DNA of 64,000 nucleotides from Macrostomum lignano (lineage: Eukaryota): contig NIVC01000793.1 of NCBI GenBank assembly GCA_002269645.1, positions 248,001-312,000 of the forward strand. Direction: 5' to 3'. Each line of letters opens with the position of its first letter. Positions within the stretch are counted from its first letter, which is position 1. Shown here in pieces: positions 10,320-22,013 of this stretch. The notes under the pieces were generated by a model. That model made no database searches and was not told the origin of the DNA. It was given only the letters and a program-made list of their open reading frames with translations. Both the position numbers and the translations under genes were made by a program.

Positions 10320-13292
10320 TCACTTCCTCTTGAACCAGCGGTGGCCGACTGTGTCTCCCGCCTGCATGGTCTGAAAATATTGATTAGGAAAGTTCGGTGA
10401 AATATCGGTGAATAGATACAAAATTAGGAAAAACGTAAAAACATTAAACATTAATATCGCGTACAATAAACTCGTTTTGAACTCAAGCATGAGTTGAGAT
10501 ATTCAATCTCTTTCTTTATTCATATTTGGTGAATTAGTTCGAACATGAACATGCACAGCTGAGGTTTCGAGATTTTTTTGTCCAAAATTGCATTTAAGGT
10601 CGATTTTTATACTACTTAGTAAGTAGCTAAACCCTCTGTTATAAGCAAATGACTACAATATATTGGAAATTTAGTAACGCACTTCAAGAGGCACAACTTA
10701 TAGTGCTGATGCATAGGCGGCATAGCATGAATTTATTGTTTTTATTTATTATCTATCAAACTAATACTTCCTAAGTAGAATGACGCTGCACTCTCGAACA
10801 GTGTAGATTTTTTGGTAATTTTAGGCAATTTTAAAAATGCTAGAATTTTCAAAATCTTGCATGTAAGCTCGTAAGAAGGGCAGTTTTCTTTTCGCAGTGT
10901 TGTTCAGAATTTGAGTGAAAACTGGTTCAATTCATAATTTAGTCTCTAATGTACCACTTTACACTGAGTCTTCCGACAGACAACAATTAGCAAGTAGTGA
11001 TCTTGGCTAAATCATTTGCTATCAGGGTTTGTAGCCTAGCGGTTAGAGCGGCAGACTCGCGACTTGAAGGTCGGGGGTTCGATTCCCGATCCTTACTGGA
11101 ACAATTTGTGTCCTTGAGCACTTGAACACTTAACTCTGCATTGCTTCAGTTCACCCAGCTGTAAAATGGGTGCCAGCATTAGCTGGGGTAATTGAGGGTC
11201 TGTGTGGCGACCCCCAAGTCCTTGGACTGAACAGCCGTACGCAGCCTTCAGATGCGCCGCGCAATAGCTGCGGCTGAGCTGTCGGTTGCACATCTGGCCC
11301 AATTAGGGCAGGTGTAATAAATTATTCTTATTATCAGTGTAGATTTAAAGGTTTTTAGGCAAGTTCGCAACAAAGGCACAGCAAGCATTTTATTGATGAA
11401 AATATGCAAAGTCCCGAAATCACCTGCCGAAAAAATCGACGTTTAATGCAATTATCGAGTCCTCACCAGGAGCATTTCGCCGTTGTCCAATACCTCGCGG
11501 GTTTGCACAATACCGTCGGGTCCGCGCACATCGGCGCCCGGCTTCCCGGCGAACACCAGCAGTTTCCCGTCGCGCCACTCGGCCGTGCAGTCCTGCTCGT
11601 CGCCCTGCGGAGGCTTGAAACGTCGAATGCCACCCAGCTCGAGCTCCTGCTCGACGCTGAAGGCCAGCATCTTGCTAGCGATGCGGATCACCTTGTTGTC
11701 GACTTTGCTGATTGTCATCGTGGGATTTGCGTTGCTCGACACCTTCTTGACCAGGAAGGAGGCGCCTAATTTGGTCAACGGAAGCGAATCGCCGTCAGGG
11801 TAAACTACGGCATCGTCAGACTTTGCTAGAAAAATAATAATTTAAATAATAGTCGGCACCAATCCATCTTGTCCCTGCTAAACCATTCAATCGGTTGTAC
11901 ATGTAGCGGCGTGTGATGTACACATTCGCAGGGACGTGCATTGATTCGCCGCACTGCTTACTGGGAATTCCTCGTCCCTTGTGTATCGCGTGGGTGTCCC
12001 CCGAACGCGGGTGTCCCCCGAAAGCAGGGGTCGGCAAAAACTCAATGGCCAGATAGAGAATCTCTATAGACGAGAGGTGGCAGCAGAAAGGACAGAAGAG
12101 AAGGAAAGGAGAAGAGAAGAGAGAGAAGAGAAAGGAGAGAAGGAGAGAATAGAATAGAGAGGATTACAACAAAAGAATACGCGTTCAACGTCACAGGGCG
12201 CGCCTCAAGGCCAGGTCGCGTATGAACGCCACGCCGCCACGAATGAATCCGGGGCGCCAACGTCAGCCAGCAGGCAGTCGACGAAACGCCGAGTGCGGGC
12301 CTGCCCCCGCCGGTAGGGTGCCTGCAGCGTTAGCAGCAGCACCTCCTGCTCAGGCTGTGGGCAGTACGGCTCGGCGCGGATGATGTGGCCTGCCAGCTGG
12401 AGTCACCGACGGCGCAACAGGTCGCTTGGACGGACCAGGTGATACAAAGCCGCGTTGGTCACTCGCTCGTAGCCGATCTTGAAGGCGGCGCGCAGCAGGC
12501 CAGCATGCACCGCATCAACTTGTTGCTCGAGCGACTCCGTCAGCGTCCAGGTCTCGGCGTTGTACAGCAGGACGGTCTCGATCACCACCTGGAACAACGC
12601 CGGCGCCGCCCTCTGGCGGTCAGGTAAGGCTTCGGACTGCAGGACTGCCCTCACAGAACGAAAGGCAGCCCAGGCAAGCCCGCGGACGCCAGGAACCAGA
12701 CCTCAGAGGTAGACGAACTGCTGACAACGCGGAAGCTCTGTCGCCTGTCCATCAGCGCCTCGGCACAAAATCGCAGCTTCGATGTCGTCCGGCACGCAGA
12801 GCACGACGGTCTTCTTTGTGTTGACCACCAGGCCGACACTCGCCGCAACAGCAACTAGCTTGTCCAGTTGTCGCTGGGCGCCCTCGACAGTTGAGGACAG
12901 CAGGGCGAGATCGTCAACGTAGCCAAGCACGCTGAGCCGACGGTCGTGGGTCGACGTCAACCAGAAAGAGAGAGGATATAGTTAGAGAGAGGAAAGAGCT
13001 GAGATGAGACCAACCTTCAGCGGGCCGGATTGCTATTGTGAAATTTCAAAGGACCCGAGGGCCGCATAGAGAGGCTTCGTGGACCGGATTTTGCCAACCC
13101 CTGATCTAAGGGCATCACAAACTTGCGATCTAGCCAACAAACATGTCCAACATCCAAGACATTGAAATAGACCTCAGATTTGAGTCACATCGATTCGCCT
13201 AAGGATGTCTCACCGGCCTTCTCCATGACGGCCTCGATGTTCTCGCTTTTGTAGCCCTCCCAGGTGCCGAACAGAGCAGAGTTCTCAGTCAT
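10320..13292 (-). CDS. fabp: Fatty-acid-binding protein (intracellular lipid-binding family), 142 aa; exons 13214-13292, 11467-11765, 10320-10370
   Basis: Exon 1 MTENSALFGTWEGYKSENIEAVMEKAG (FABP GTW..SEN motif, phase-1 intron at the conserved position); exon 2 GASFLVKKVSSNANPTMTIS...REVLDNGEMLL; exon 3 TMQAGDTVGHRWFKRK*. Total 429 nt. Confidence 0.85.
11025..11325 (+). mobile_element. tRNA-derived SINE, apparently full length, in FABP intron 2
   Basis: Pol III A box TAGCCTAGCGG and B box GGTTCGATTCC; then a CORE/V-like block TGTGTCCTTGAGC..CACTTAAC..CAGCTGTAAAATGGG; AT-rich tail; second copy at 35.4 kb. Confidence 0.85.
12025..13103. mobile_element. Second copy of the hAT-type MITE, interrupted by a LINE fragment (FABP intron 1)
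   Basis: Starts CAGGGGTCGGCAA, ends TTGCCAACCCCTG; right arm matches 9160-9251; no TSD match (CCCGAAAG vs ATCTAAGG). Confidence 0.75.
12165..12968 (-). mobile_element. 5'-truncated RTE-like LINE (copy 2), RT C-terminal half to 3' end
   Basis: ORFs 12703..12960 (GYVDDLALL..) and 12403..12654 (FQVVIETVLLYNAETWTLT); candidate 9-bp TSD AGAGAGGAT at 12156-12164 and 12969-12977. Confidence 0.85.
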
Positions 13293-13682
13293 ATTGTGAT
13301 GGAAAGGTGCCGTTGCTGTTACTTGCAAGCAGAAATTTGGCAACTCTTTTCCTCTTTACAGCAGTCTGTCTCGTACATTTTTCTCCACACTATAAAGAGA
13401 GCATGGGGAAGAGAAAATATGACATTTCTTCCCTTGCGCTCTGTTCCCATAAACAGTGAAGTCGTATTCTGCAATTGGTTTTGCAAAGCTGAGCAAGGCC
13501 TGGGAATGAGGAATCCACACCTGCCAGCAAGCTCAGTATAGGCCTGCTCAGTGAGTTACCATGGCCAACCACGGCATCGCATAAACAATATTATATGGTT
13601 AAAATGGGCGTTGAAATTTCTGTACCTTGCTTTTCTTCTTGGTAGAAGTTCATTTTCATGAATACGAGCGTACACTGCGTAC

Positions 13683-14838
13683 ACCTTTCCAGCAGGCTCA
13701 GCGCCCCCTTTCCAGCAGGCTCGGCGCCCCCTTTCCAGCAGGCTCGGCGCCCCCCTTTCCAGCAGGCTTGGCGCCCCCCCCTTTCCAGCAGGCTTGGCGC
13801 CCCCCTTTCCAGCAGGCTTGGCGCTCCCCCTTTCCAGCAGGCTCGGCGCCCCCCTTTCCAGCAGGCTCGGCGCCCCCCTTTCCAGCAGGCTCGGCGCCCC
13901 CCTTTCCAGCAGGCTCGGCGCCCCCCTTTCCAGCAGGCTTGGTGCCCCCTTTCCAGCAGGCTCGGCGCCCCCCTTTCCAGCAGGCTCGGCGCCCCCCTTT
14001 CCAGCAGGCTTGGCGCTCCCCCCATTTCCAGCAGGCTTGGCGCTCCCCCCATTTCCAGCAGGCTTGGCGCCCCTCCATTTCCAGCAGGCTTGGCGCTCCC
14101 CCTTTCCAGCAGGCTTGGCGCTCCCCCCATTTCCAGCAGGCTTGGCGCTCCCCCCATTTCCAGCAGGCTTGGCGCCCCTCCATTTCCAGCAGGCTTGGCG
14201 CTCCCCCTTTCCAGCAGGCTCGGCGCCCCCCTTTCCAGCAGGCTCGGCGCCCCCCTTTCCAGCAGGCTGGGCGCCCCCTTTCCAGCAGGCTCGGCGCCCC
14301 CCTTTCCAGCAGGCTTGGCGCCCCCCTTTCCAGCAGGCTTGGCGCCCACCCCTTTCCAGCAGGCTTGGCGCTCCCCCCATTTCCAGCAGGCTTGGCGCTC
14401 CCCCTTTCCAGCAGGCTTGGCGCCCCCCTTTCCAGTAGGCTTGGCGCTCCCCCTTTCCAGCAGGCTTGGCGCTCCCCCTTTCCAGCAGGCTTGGCGCCCC
14501 TCCATTTCCAGCAGGCTTGGCGCCCCCCATTTCCAGCAGGCTTGGCGCCCCTCCATTTCCAGCAGGCTTGGCGCCCCCCATTTCCAGCAGGCTTGGCGCT
14601 CCCCCCCCCCATTTCCAGCAGGCTTGGCGCTCCTCCCTTTCCATCAGGCTTGGCGCTCCTCCCTTTCCATCAGGCTTGGCGCTCCTCCCTTTCCAGCAGG
14701 CTTGGCGCTTCTCCCTTTCCAGCAGGCTTGGCGCCCCCTTTCCAGCAGGCTTGGCGCTCCCCCATTTCCAGCAGGCTTGGCGCTCCCCCCTTTCCAGCAG
14801 GCTTGGCGCTCCCCCCTTTCCAGCAGGCTTGGCGTCCC
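13683..14838. repeat. GC-rich minisatellite, ~24-27 bp unit CCTTTCCAGCAGGCT(T/C)GGCGCCCCC; followed by a hAT-like terminus ending at 14888
   Basis: Direct inspection; explains all the repetitive ORFs at 13556-14938. Terminal sequence CTGGTTACGCCCCTG at 14874-14888. Confidence 0.92.
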
Positions 14839-16046
14839 CCTAAGAAGTGACCCCCCTCAACCAGAATCCCTAGCTGGTTACGCCCCTGGGGTCATTCTAA
14901 AGAACGCAAGGCAAGCCAAAGAGCTCAAAGTTCATTAGCTTTACTTAGCGACTCAAATATTTGCCAAGCCAACCTGTCAATGAGTTCATATTTCCCATTT
15001 TCTAATGCCAATTGGAATTGGAAGTATCAGAATATAAAGCAAATATTTTACTACAAGACGCAACAAGACGCCGAGTATTTTTATGGAGACCGGCAGTCTC
15101 TATAATAAAACTGCTCAAGAGAAGGTTAAAGAGAGAAGAAATGCTTTAAACGAAACAGCATATGAATTTTGTGCTCAGTTTTAATATAATTAGTCAGACT
15201 TTGCCGACCAGAGGGCAACAAAATGAATTGCAGCCCTCCAAACTAGTAAAACTCAAAGAATATTACGCACGCGTAGGAAGGTTTTTTAAATAGAAAAATT
15301 GCATTAAAACAAAAGCCTAGATAAAAATGGCAGGGGGTCAAGTTAAATCGACTGAGTCGATAGAAGAAGCGAAAGAAACGTGCAGAGTGTTGGATTAAAT
15401 AAAAATGCAATGAAGAAACTGTCGACTGACTTTCAACTGTCAACTGACTACTGACTTTTTTCTTACTAAAATAAGAGGATGGTCGGCATTGATAATTACG
15501 ATCGAAGTAAAGTACGAAGGGGTTTGCAATGTTCGCTTCAGTGCAAAATATGAATTTTTTTGTGTGAATATATCATCAAGTATTTTTAGTAAAGTAGTCA
15601 CGGGATAATTATTTCAAGTTTACGCATAACTCGATCGTCTATATCTCAATAGGCTTGTAGCAGTTTAGGGAATAAAATATTTAAAGTATTAAAATATGAC
15701 AGCAGGCTTGGTCTCAACGAGACTCGCTTACGAGCATGGTTTAACCAAAAATGAATGCAAAACTGTTGAAAGTGACGAACATTGAATAACTAATTATAAT
15801 AATGCGCTCGGAGTCGAAAGACGGGCTGTGAGAATCGCAGCACTGGGATATGATTATTAAGGTTTTGGGAAGATGGGAGTTCAGCTTTGCTTTTAGGGAC
15901 CAAGAGAGCTAACAAAGCATTAACAATAGGCCAATCGATTCAATCGATTCAACAGTCGATTCAATTTTTTTCTTTCGGTGAAAAGTTTCTAGTAGTTAGC
16001 AGAGTTAAGACTAAGAGTCAGTATTGGCGAACCCACCCGAGTCTAG

Positions 16047-17180
16047 CTAAGCCAATGACAGCGCGTCTTCCTCTTCATGCCGACGCAGGTGCTTTGACAG
16101 GTGGTCACTGCGGCTGAACATGCGCTGGCATCGGTCGCAGTGAAATCGCTTCTCCCCAGTGTGAGCCCGCTTGTGCCTGGAGAGCTCATCCGAACGAGCA
16201 AACACGCGACCGCAGGCGGGCCAGTCGCAGCTGTAGGGTTTTTCACCAGTGTGGTTTCGATAGTGCACCTTCAGGTGGGAGCTCTTGTAGTAGGACTTGC
16301 CGCAGTCCGGGTGTTCGCACACGTGTGGCTTCTGCCGACGCCTGGCTTTCTGACGTGTTGCCGGGTGCGGCGGCGACTGCGGCAACGGCGGCGCCAAAGG
16401 CCGCTGTGCCGACGGTGGCAGCGCTCCTGGTTGAGATTGCTGCGTTGGCGCGGAGCGAAGAACCACAACCTTTACTGGCGTGTTCAGCGGACTGCTCAGT
16501 GCCCGCAGCGGAATTAGAAAGGCCTGAATCTCGCCGGCATCTTCATTTTGTATTTGGTTAACCGCGGCATCGTTAGCTTGTCCCAGTAGGCCGGCGGCGA
16601 CTCTGGCCAAGGACTCAACGCTGCTGCCGCTGCCGCTACGCGATCGTTTCGCGGCCGACGGCTCTCCATCGACGTCGATGTCGACGTCATCGCCAAGCGG
16701 GCAGTCGGAGCCCACGCTGGCCGTTGCGCTGTCGGGTCTCTGCGGCGACATGCCAGCGACTGGGGGCCGCTGACGTTGACATCCCAAAGCAGCGGGTTCA
16801 CCACAGAGCAGCTCATCGGCAATGTTGACTGCGTTTGCGGAGGTTGAGCGAATCAGACAGAGTCCGCAAATAAAAACTGCAGTAATGACAAGCTACGTTT
16901 GAAAACCCGAATACAAGCTAAACCCGTTCGTCCGACTCACCTCAACTAAATCTCGTCCGTCCGGCATCTTGGCCAGTCCTGCTTCTGTTGCAAAATCGCC
17001 GACAAGCAATCCGTCATTTGGCACCGAGGCCTTCCGTATGCGCATCTGGTCATCAGTGGTCAGCTGCTGCTGCTGCTGCTGTATCAGAGCGGGTGGCAGG
17101 CGGTCCAACTTGAACTTCAACCGTCTCGCTGCAGCATTTACAGTTTCAGCGCTCCAGTCAGGCTTAGAGAGCGACTCCAT
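16047..17180 (-). CDS. klf: Kruppel-like factor (KLF9/10/11/13-type) with three C-terminal C2H2 fingers; main exon ~16830-16047, probable upstream exon 16941-17180; true start uncertain
   Basis: [77 protein letters not shown] (~16075-16325); GTGAGT donor at 16940. Confidence 0.85.
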
Positions 17181-18393
17181 TCGCTTGAGGGATTGAATGA
17201 ATTTGCTATTGCCTCGTTGGTCTGAACAGTTCGGAATACAAGGCGCCAGCCTTGCAAGAGCAGGTATAGTATATTATAAGTTTTAGGAAAGCAAAAAATC
17301 GATGTTTGGAGCCTTGGCGATGCGCCTAGTATTTACTGCAAATACTACGGGGGGTGGCAACCAACCCGAGAGAGGCGTATCACCACTTGGCCTCATGGAC
17401 TCGGATTCACCCCCAGTCTTCCTCTTCCTCCCTTTCTCTCTCCATTTACATGTACTATCGCTATTCAAATCTTTTAGGGGATTCTCCTGTATGCCAAAAA
17501 TAACTTGCCTGTACAATGCGTTTGCTAGTCCTCGAAGCGGCGGCCTTTCGACTGAATAGGCACGCAGTTTACGCGTGATCCACTCCGCCAACCTCACCCA
17601 GCAAGTCCTCTCTCTAACCCGCCATTTCCTCTCCAGTTCCAGCCGAGAGAAATCTCTCTATTTTCTCTCTCTTTCTTCCTCGTCGAAAACTTTTTTCTCT
17701 GGATCCGAGTAAAGTTTGAGTCCAAAAACGGGTCCACATAGGCATGCACAAGGGGTGGGGGCGATAGAAACGAATTTAGGTGTATGAAGAGCGCGAAGGC
17801 CGCCGGTCAAAAACAAGACGCGGGCCCGGCCTAGCAACAGAAACAGGGGAAAGAGAATGAAGGGCGTAGCTATAGTCCGCTCAAAACTGGCTGACTGCCC
17901 ACTTATCCACTCCCCTTGACTGCATAATGTACACCAATGCCCTCATCAGTCCTATAGCTAGTTGTACACCACTAACGGGTGTGTCTATGCCAGGACGTTA
18001 CCCAAGGGTCAACAGAGGGAGAGTCACTCAGCACAGGCGTGCGCAGCCAGCTGTGTTTTTCTCTGCAGCGGCATCGAGAGAGAGAGAAACAGGAAGATAA
18101 AAGTGCAGCCCCACCAAAGCCGTCGAATTCATGCAGCCCGCCCACGACGCACAGCCGATGGGACCACTATATCCAACAAGCAAGCTCACTGTTTTCCTCC
18201 TCTCTGCAGCTGGTAAGCTTGATGAAGAGAAGGGGCAGCCAGCTGGTGATGGGTGGTTAGAGAAATCTTTCTAGGAAGTACGCGCGAACCTGCTACAGTC
18301 TCCTAAGCCTTGCTCGGCTTGGTTAGACCAAAACTGCTTCATTGTATACATGTACATATGCTCATAACATGCATGTAGACACAGGTTACATGC

Positions 18394-19200
18394 TGTGAAA
18401 TTTCGACCTTGTGAAAGCACCCCCGCAACCAGGGGGTGCGCAACTCAAATATTAATTCGAATTCGCTGAAAAATTATCATCGAATATCGACCCCGCTTAT
18501 GGGGAATGTGCAAAGCTCAATATTCAAGCAATGCAAAGAATATGCAAAGCTACATCAAAGTGTAGCTGTATAGCTTGTGCTGAGATTTACTTGACGACTG
18601 TGATAATTAATAACACATACTTGCACAACTCAATTGGAAATATGTACTTGTACACTACATATGTACATGCAAATGTGAACGCTTGATCAACGGCTACTAA
18701 TGTAATCAATTACATGCATATGAACATAAGTAGGAATATTTCGATATCTGACTTAGGGTCTCGTCAATCCAAGCAATTTTGCGTGCCATGCAGTAAGTGC
18801 AACCAGAAATAATTGTTTAAGGGGGCGGATTCTGGAGGGTAAAAGACCTAAAGGTGGGGGGACGGCGGAGGGGATGGGGCTCTGAATTTTGGCGAAATTC
18901 GCTTGGTCCCCCTTTAATTTTTTCTGTTCTGCGCCAAAGGGGGGGCGACCGCCCCCGCCCCCTGGTTGCGGGGGTGCTTTCACAAGGTCGAAATTTCACA
19001 ATTTCGACCTTATGAAGTCCCTTGCTAAAGTTTTCGATGCTGTGAAATTTCGACCTTGTGAAGTTTCGACCTTGTGAAGTGGTTGCTATTTGAGTTTTCG
19101 ATGTTATGAAATTTCAACCTTGTGAAATTTCGATCATGTGAAAGAGGGTGCTTTCGACGTTGTGAAATTTCGAGTTTGTGAACCCCCCCCCCCGGTTGCG
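18394..19200. mobile_element. Foldback/MITE-like element: perfect 43-bp inverted repeat (18394-18436 / 18958-19000) plus a degenerate array of GTGAAATTTCGACCTT
   Basis: TGTGAAATTTCGACCTTGTGAAAGCACCCCCGCAACCAGGGGG and its exact reverse complement; motif reiterated over 19001-19200. Confidence 0.65.
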
Positions 19201-20256
19201 GCACTGCAGTGTGTGTGCCAGTAGTCGATCAGGGGATTTTCGTCGGCATCCATATAGGACTCTTGAAAATGATCGTTAATTCTATTGGCATCAATTGCGC
19301 CACAAAAACCAGTCCAATGTAAATTTAGAAGTCGAAGTCGACTTAAAAAAGTCGACTTAAAAATATATTTATTTTTTAAGTTATTTTTATAATTTTTTTT
19401 ATATATTTATTTTACGATAAATTTAAATAATATACTTAATAGCCATTTGAGGTATACCTACCCAGATTATAGTTAAAAAAGCAAAAAATTGTTATGTTTG
19501 TTTCTAAGAACAAACTTCAGTGGCGAATTCAAACGTTTAAAGTGAATTCATCGTTTTCCTAGAAAGACAACCTTAACAATCATCATCGACATCAACCAAC
19601 CCATCTTGCCTAATTTACCAATTGGCAGTGTTTATTCCCATGGTCCATGCCACTAACGACAATATTATGCACACAGCGCCGTGTCAATAATGCTCTGCTT
19701 ATTCGCACGGCAGCTAAATTATACATGTAGGAATGGGCCTAGCATGTCAGCATGTGCTTTAACTAAGGACTTTAATGAATGGTTTATATCAAGTGAAAAT
19801 TTTATAAGCTGTTATGATGCATAGCTGTGGAGTCTACTGTATATATAGCTAGTATAGGTCCCTACACTGTATGACTGCAGATTGTAGTCATTTCTAAAAT
19901 CCATTTTTTAATTTTTTCTAATCTAAAGCCAAAGTTTAACTAAAATTTCTAATTTTCCAATTAATAACTATAATGTCCTATTTAGAAATCTTAACAATCA
20001 AAATTTCCAATTGGTTGCAGTTTTGGTTTTAAAGCCAATCTATACTAGATCTAGGGTCTAGACGACTAGATCATATCCGGATTCTAGAACAAGCAGCTTA
20101 TCTTAGTTAAATGTATGCCAGTGCAACACCAAAAATAGAAAATTTCCCTTAAATGTATACTAAAATTTTCTCCTAAAAAGTAATTTAGAAGAATCCCAAA
20201 AAAATTGCAAGATAAGACAAGTTTCTTAAGAAAGGTTTTTAGGTCTATACCCTATA

Positions 20257-22010
20257 CGAGGGATGTTCCATAAGTACTTATACTTTTGCATGCTGCTCAG
20301 GAACTACGCAACCAATCATTGTAAGTTTTATGTCGCTGGAAAGCGGCTTTACTCATCTTTAATCTGTCGCCAAAATCATTTCGTTCTGTCAACTATGTCA
20401 AAAGTTACAACAAAAAACGTAGTCAAAGGTCACCCATAGACTTACAAGAAATTTAAAGAGCAACAACTACAATGGCAAGCATGAAAACAGAGGCGCGTTG
20501 TTGATGACAGAAAGTTTGACTTCTTTGTCACTCATCCTCAGTCGGTACCGACACCTTCTCAACGTAGTTTCCACCGGAGTTGATGCACTTGGTCCACCTG
20601 TTAAACATGCTTTTGATGGCTTCTGCGTACAGCTGTTGGGGGATGACATACAGCAGAATTCTGCGGACTTCCTCCTCGATCTGGTTCCTGGTCTCGTACA
20701 CGCGTCCTTTCAGATGGCGCTTCAACTCTGGAAATAAAGCAAAGTCTGCTAGTGCCAGGTCTGGAGAGTAAGGAGGGTGAGGTAGAAGATGGAGCTTCAG
20801 CTTGCTGATTGCCTCAACTGTTTTTTGTGCTGTATGAGGCCTTGCATTGTCATGATGAAGAATGAAAGGTCTGGGATTTTCACGACGCTTGTTCTGGATG
20901 TCATGATGCAGCTTTGTTAGCGTTTCAACGTAGTGCTCAGAGTTTATTGTAGTGTTTGGCTCCAAAAACTCGACAGTTAGAGGACCATTGCAGTCGAAAA
21001 ACAGAGACAGCATGATCTTCTTTCCATGTGCGTCCCTTTGAGCTTTTACCGGAGGATCAGAGCCCTTCAGCATCCAGACCTGGGAATCACGTTTCGTTGG
21101 TGGATCAAAATGGGGAATCCAGGTTTCATCTCCAGTGACTATCATTCGATGGAAGAGATCCCAACCACCGTATTCTTCCATCATCCGAATATTGGCCTGA
21201 CAAATCTGCTGCCTCTGCAGTCTCAAGTCTGAGGTGAGTAGGCGTGGCACCCAACGAGCAGTCAGCTTGACAAAGTCCATGCGCGACAAGCAGCGATGCA
21301 CAGTTGTGCTTGGCGTGTCCAGTCTATCTGCAATCTGTCGAATCGTTAGCCGACAATCTTCGTCCAGCAGATCAAGAATTCGATCGGTGAGAGCATCAGA
21401 GCCTGATGTGCAGGGGCGGCCCGACCTCAGCAAATCAGCAACATTGGTCCTTCCTGCTTCAAACTGCTCAACCCAGTTGTAGACGGTCATCCTGCTCACC
21501 GCATTAGCTCCATGAATGTTGCATAAATCCGCATAAATCTCTGATCGCTTTTTTCCAAGTTTCCAGAGGGTAAAAATTGCAGCGCACTGTCTTTCCCTTG
21601 AGTTCACATCCATGGTGATGCAGCAGCAGCCAAGGTGGTGAAACTTTACAAGATTAAGATGCTGTGATCTTAAGATTAAGATGCTGTGAAAGCTTAGGCC
21701 AGTATTTTCCATAGACGAAAAGGGTGCGGCATTCGCTTATGAAGCAAAAAAGAATGCATTATGTAGAATCCAAAATAACTCTGCGTGCTGAACTTTGAAG
21801 TTTTGATTTTGAAAATTTCTTGTAAGTCTATGGGTGACCTTTGACTACGTTTTTTGTTGTAACTTTTGACATAGTTGACAGAACGAAATGATTTTGGCGA
21901 CAGATTAAAGATGAGTAAAGCCGCTTTCCAGCGACATAAAACTTACAATGATTGGTTGCGTAGTTCCTGAGCAGCATGCAAAAGTATAAGTACTTATGGA
22001 ACATCCCTCG
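20257..22010 (-). mobile_element. mariner (DD34D) transposon, 1754 bp, with 198-bp perfect TIRs and TA target duplication
   Basis: TIRs 20257-20454 and 21813-22010 are exact reverse complements; TA at 20255-56 and 22011-12; encloses an uninterrupted transposase ORF. Confidence 0.95.
20528..21712 (-). CDS. mariner transposase (HTH plus DD34D); may start at the internal MDVNS Met
   Basis: WVPRLL, TGDETW, HDNARPH and YSPDLALADF motifs; 34 residues between the 2nd and 3rd catalytic Asp. Confidence 0.93.
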   Translation of the reverse strand: MENTGLSFHSILILRSQHLNLVKFHHLGCCCITMDVNSRERQCAAIFTLWKLGKKRSEIYADLCNIHGANAVSRMTVYNWVEQFEAGRTNVADLLRSGRPCTSGSDALTDRILDLLDEDCRLTIRQIADRLDTPSTTVHRCLSRMDFVKLTARWVPRLLTSDLRLQRQQICQANIRMMEEYGGWDLFHRMIVTGDETWIPHFDPPTKRDSQVWMLKGSDPPVKAQRDAHGKKIMLSLFFDCNGPLTVEFLEPNTTINSEHYVETLTKLHHDIQNKRRENPRPFILHHDNARPHTAQKTVEAISKLKLHLLPHPPYSPDLALADFALFPELKRHLKGRVYETRNQIEEEVRRILLYVIPQQLYAEAIKSMFNRWTKCINSGGNYVEKVSVPTEDE

Positions 22011-22013
22011 TAG

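Noticed and set aside
11025-11095. tRNA gene
   Set aside because: A and B boxes are present, but the anticodon and acceptor stems pair poorly and the sequence runs into a repeated SINE body.
13556-14938. Several 200-430 aa ORFs on both strands
   Set aside because: Translations of a minisatellite lacking stops; no domain content.
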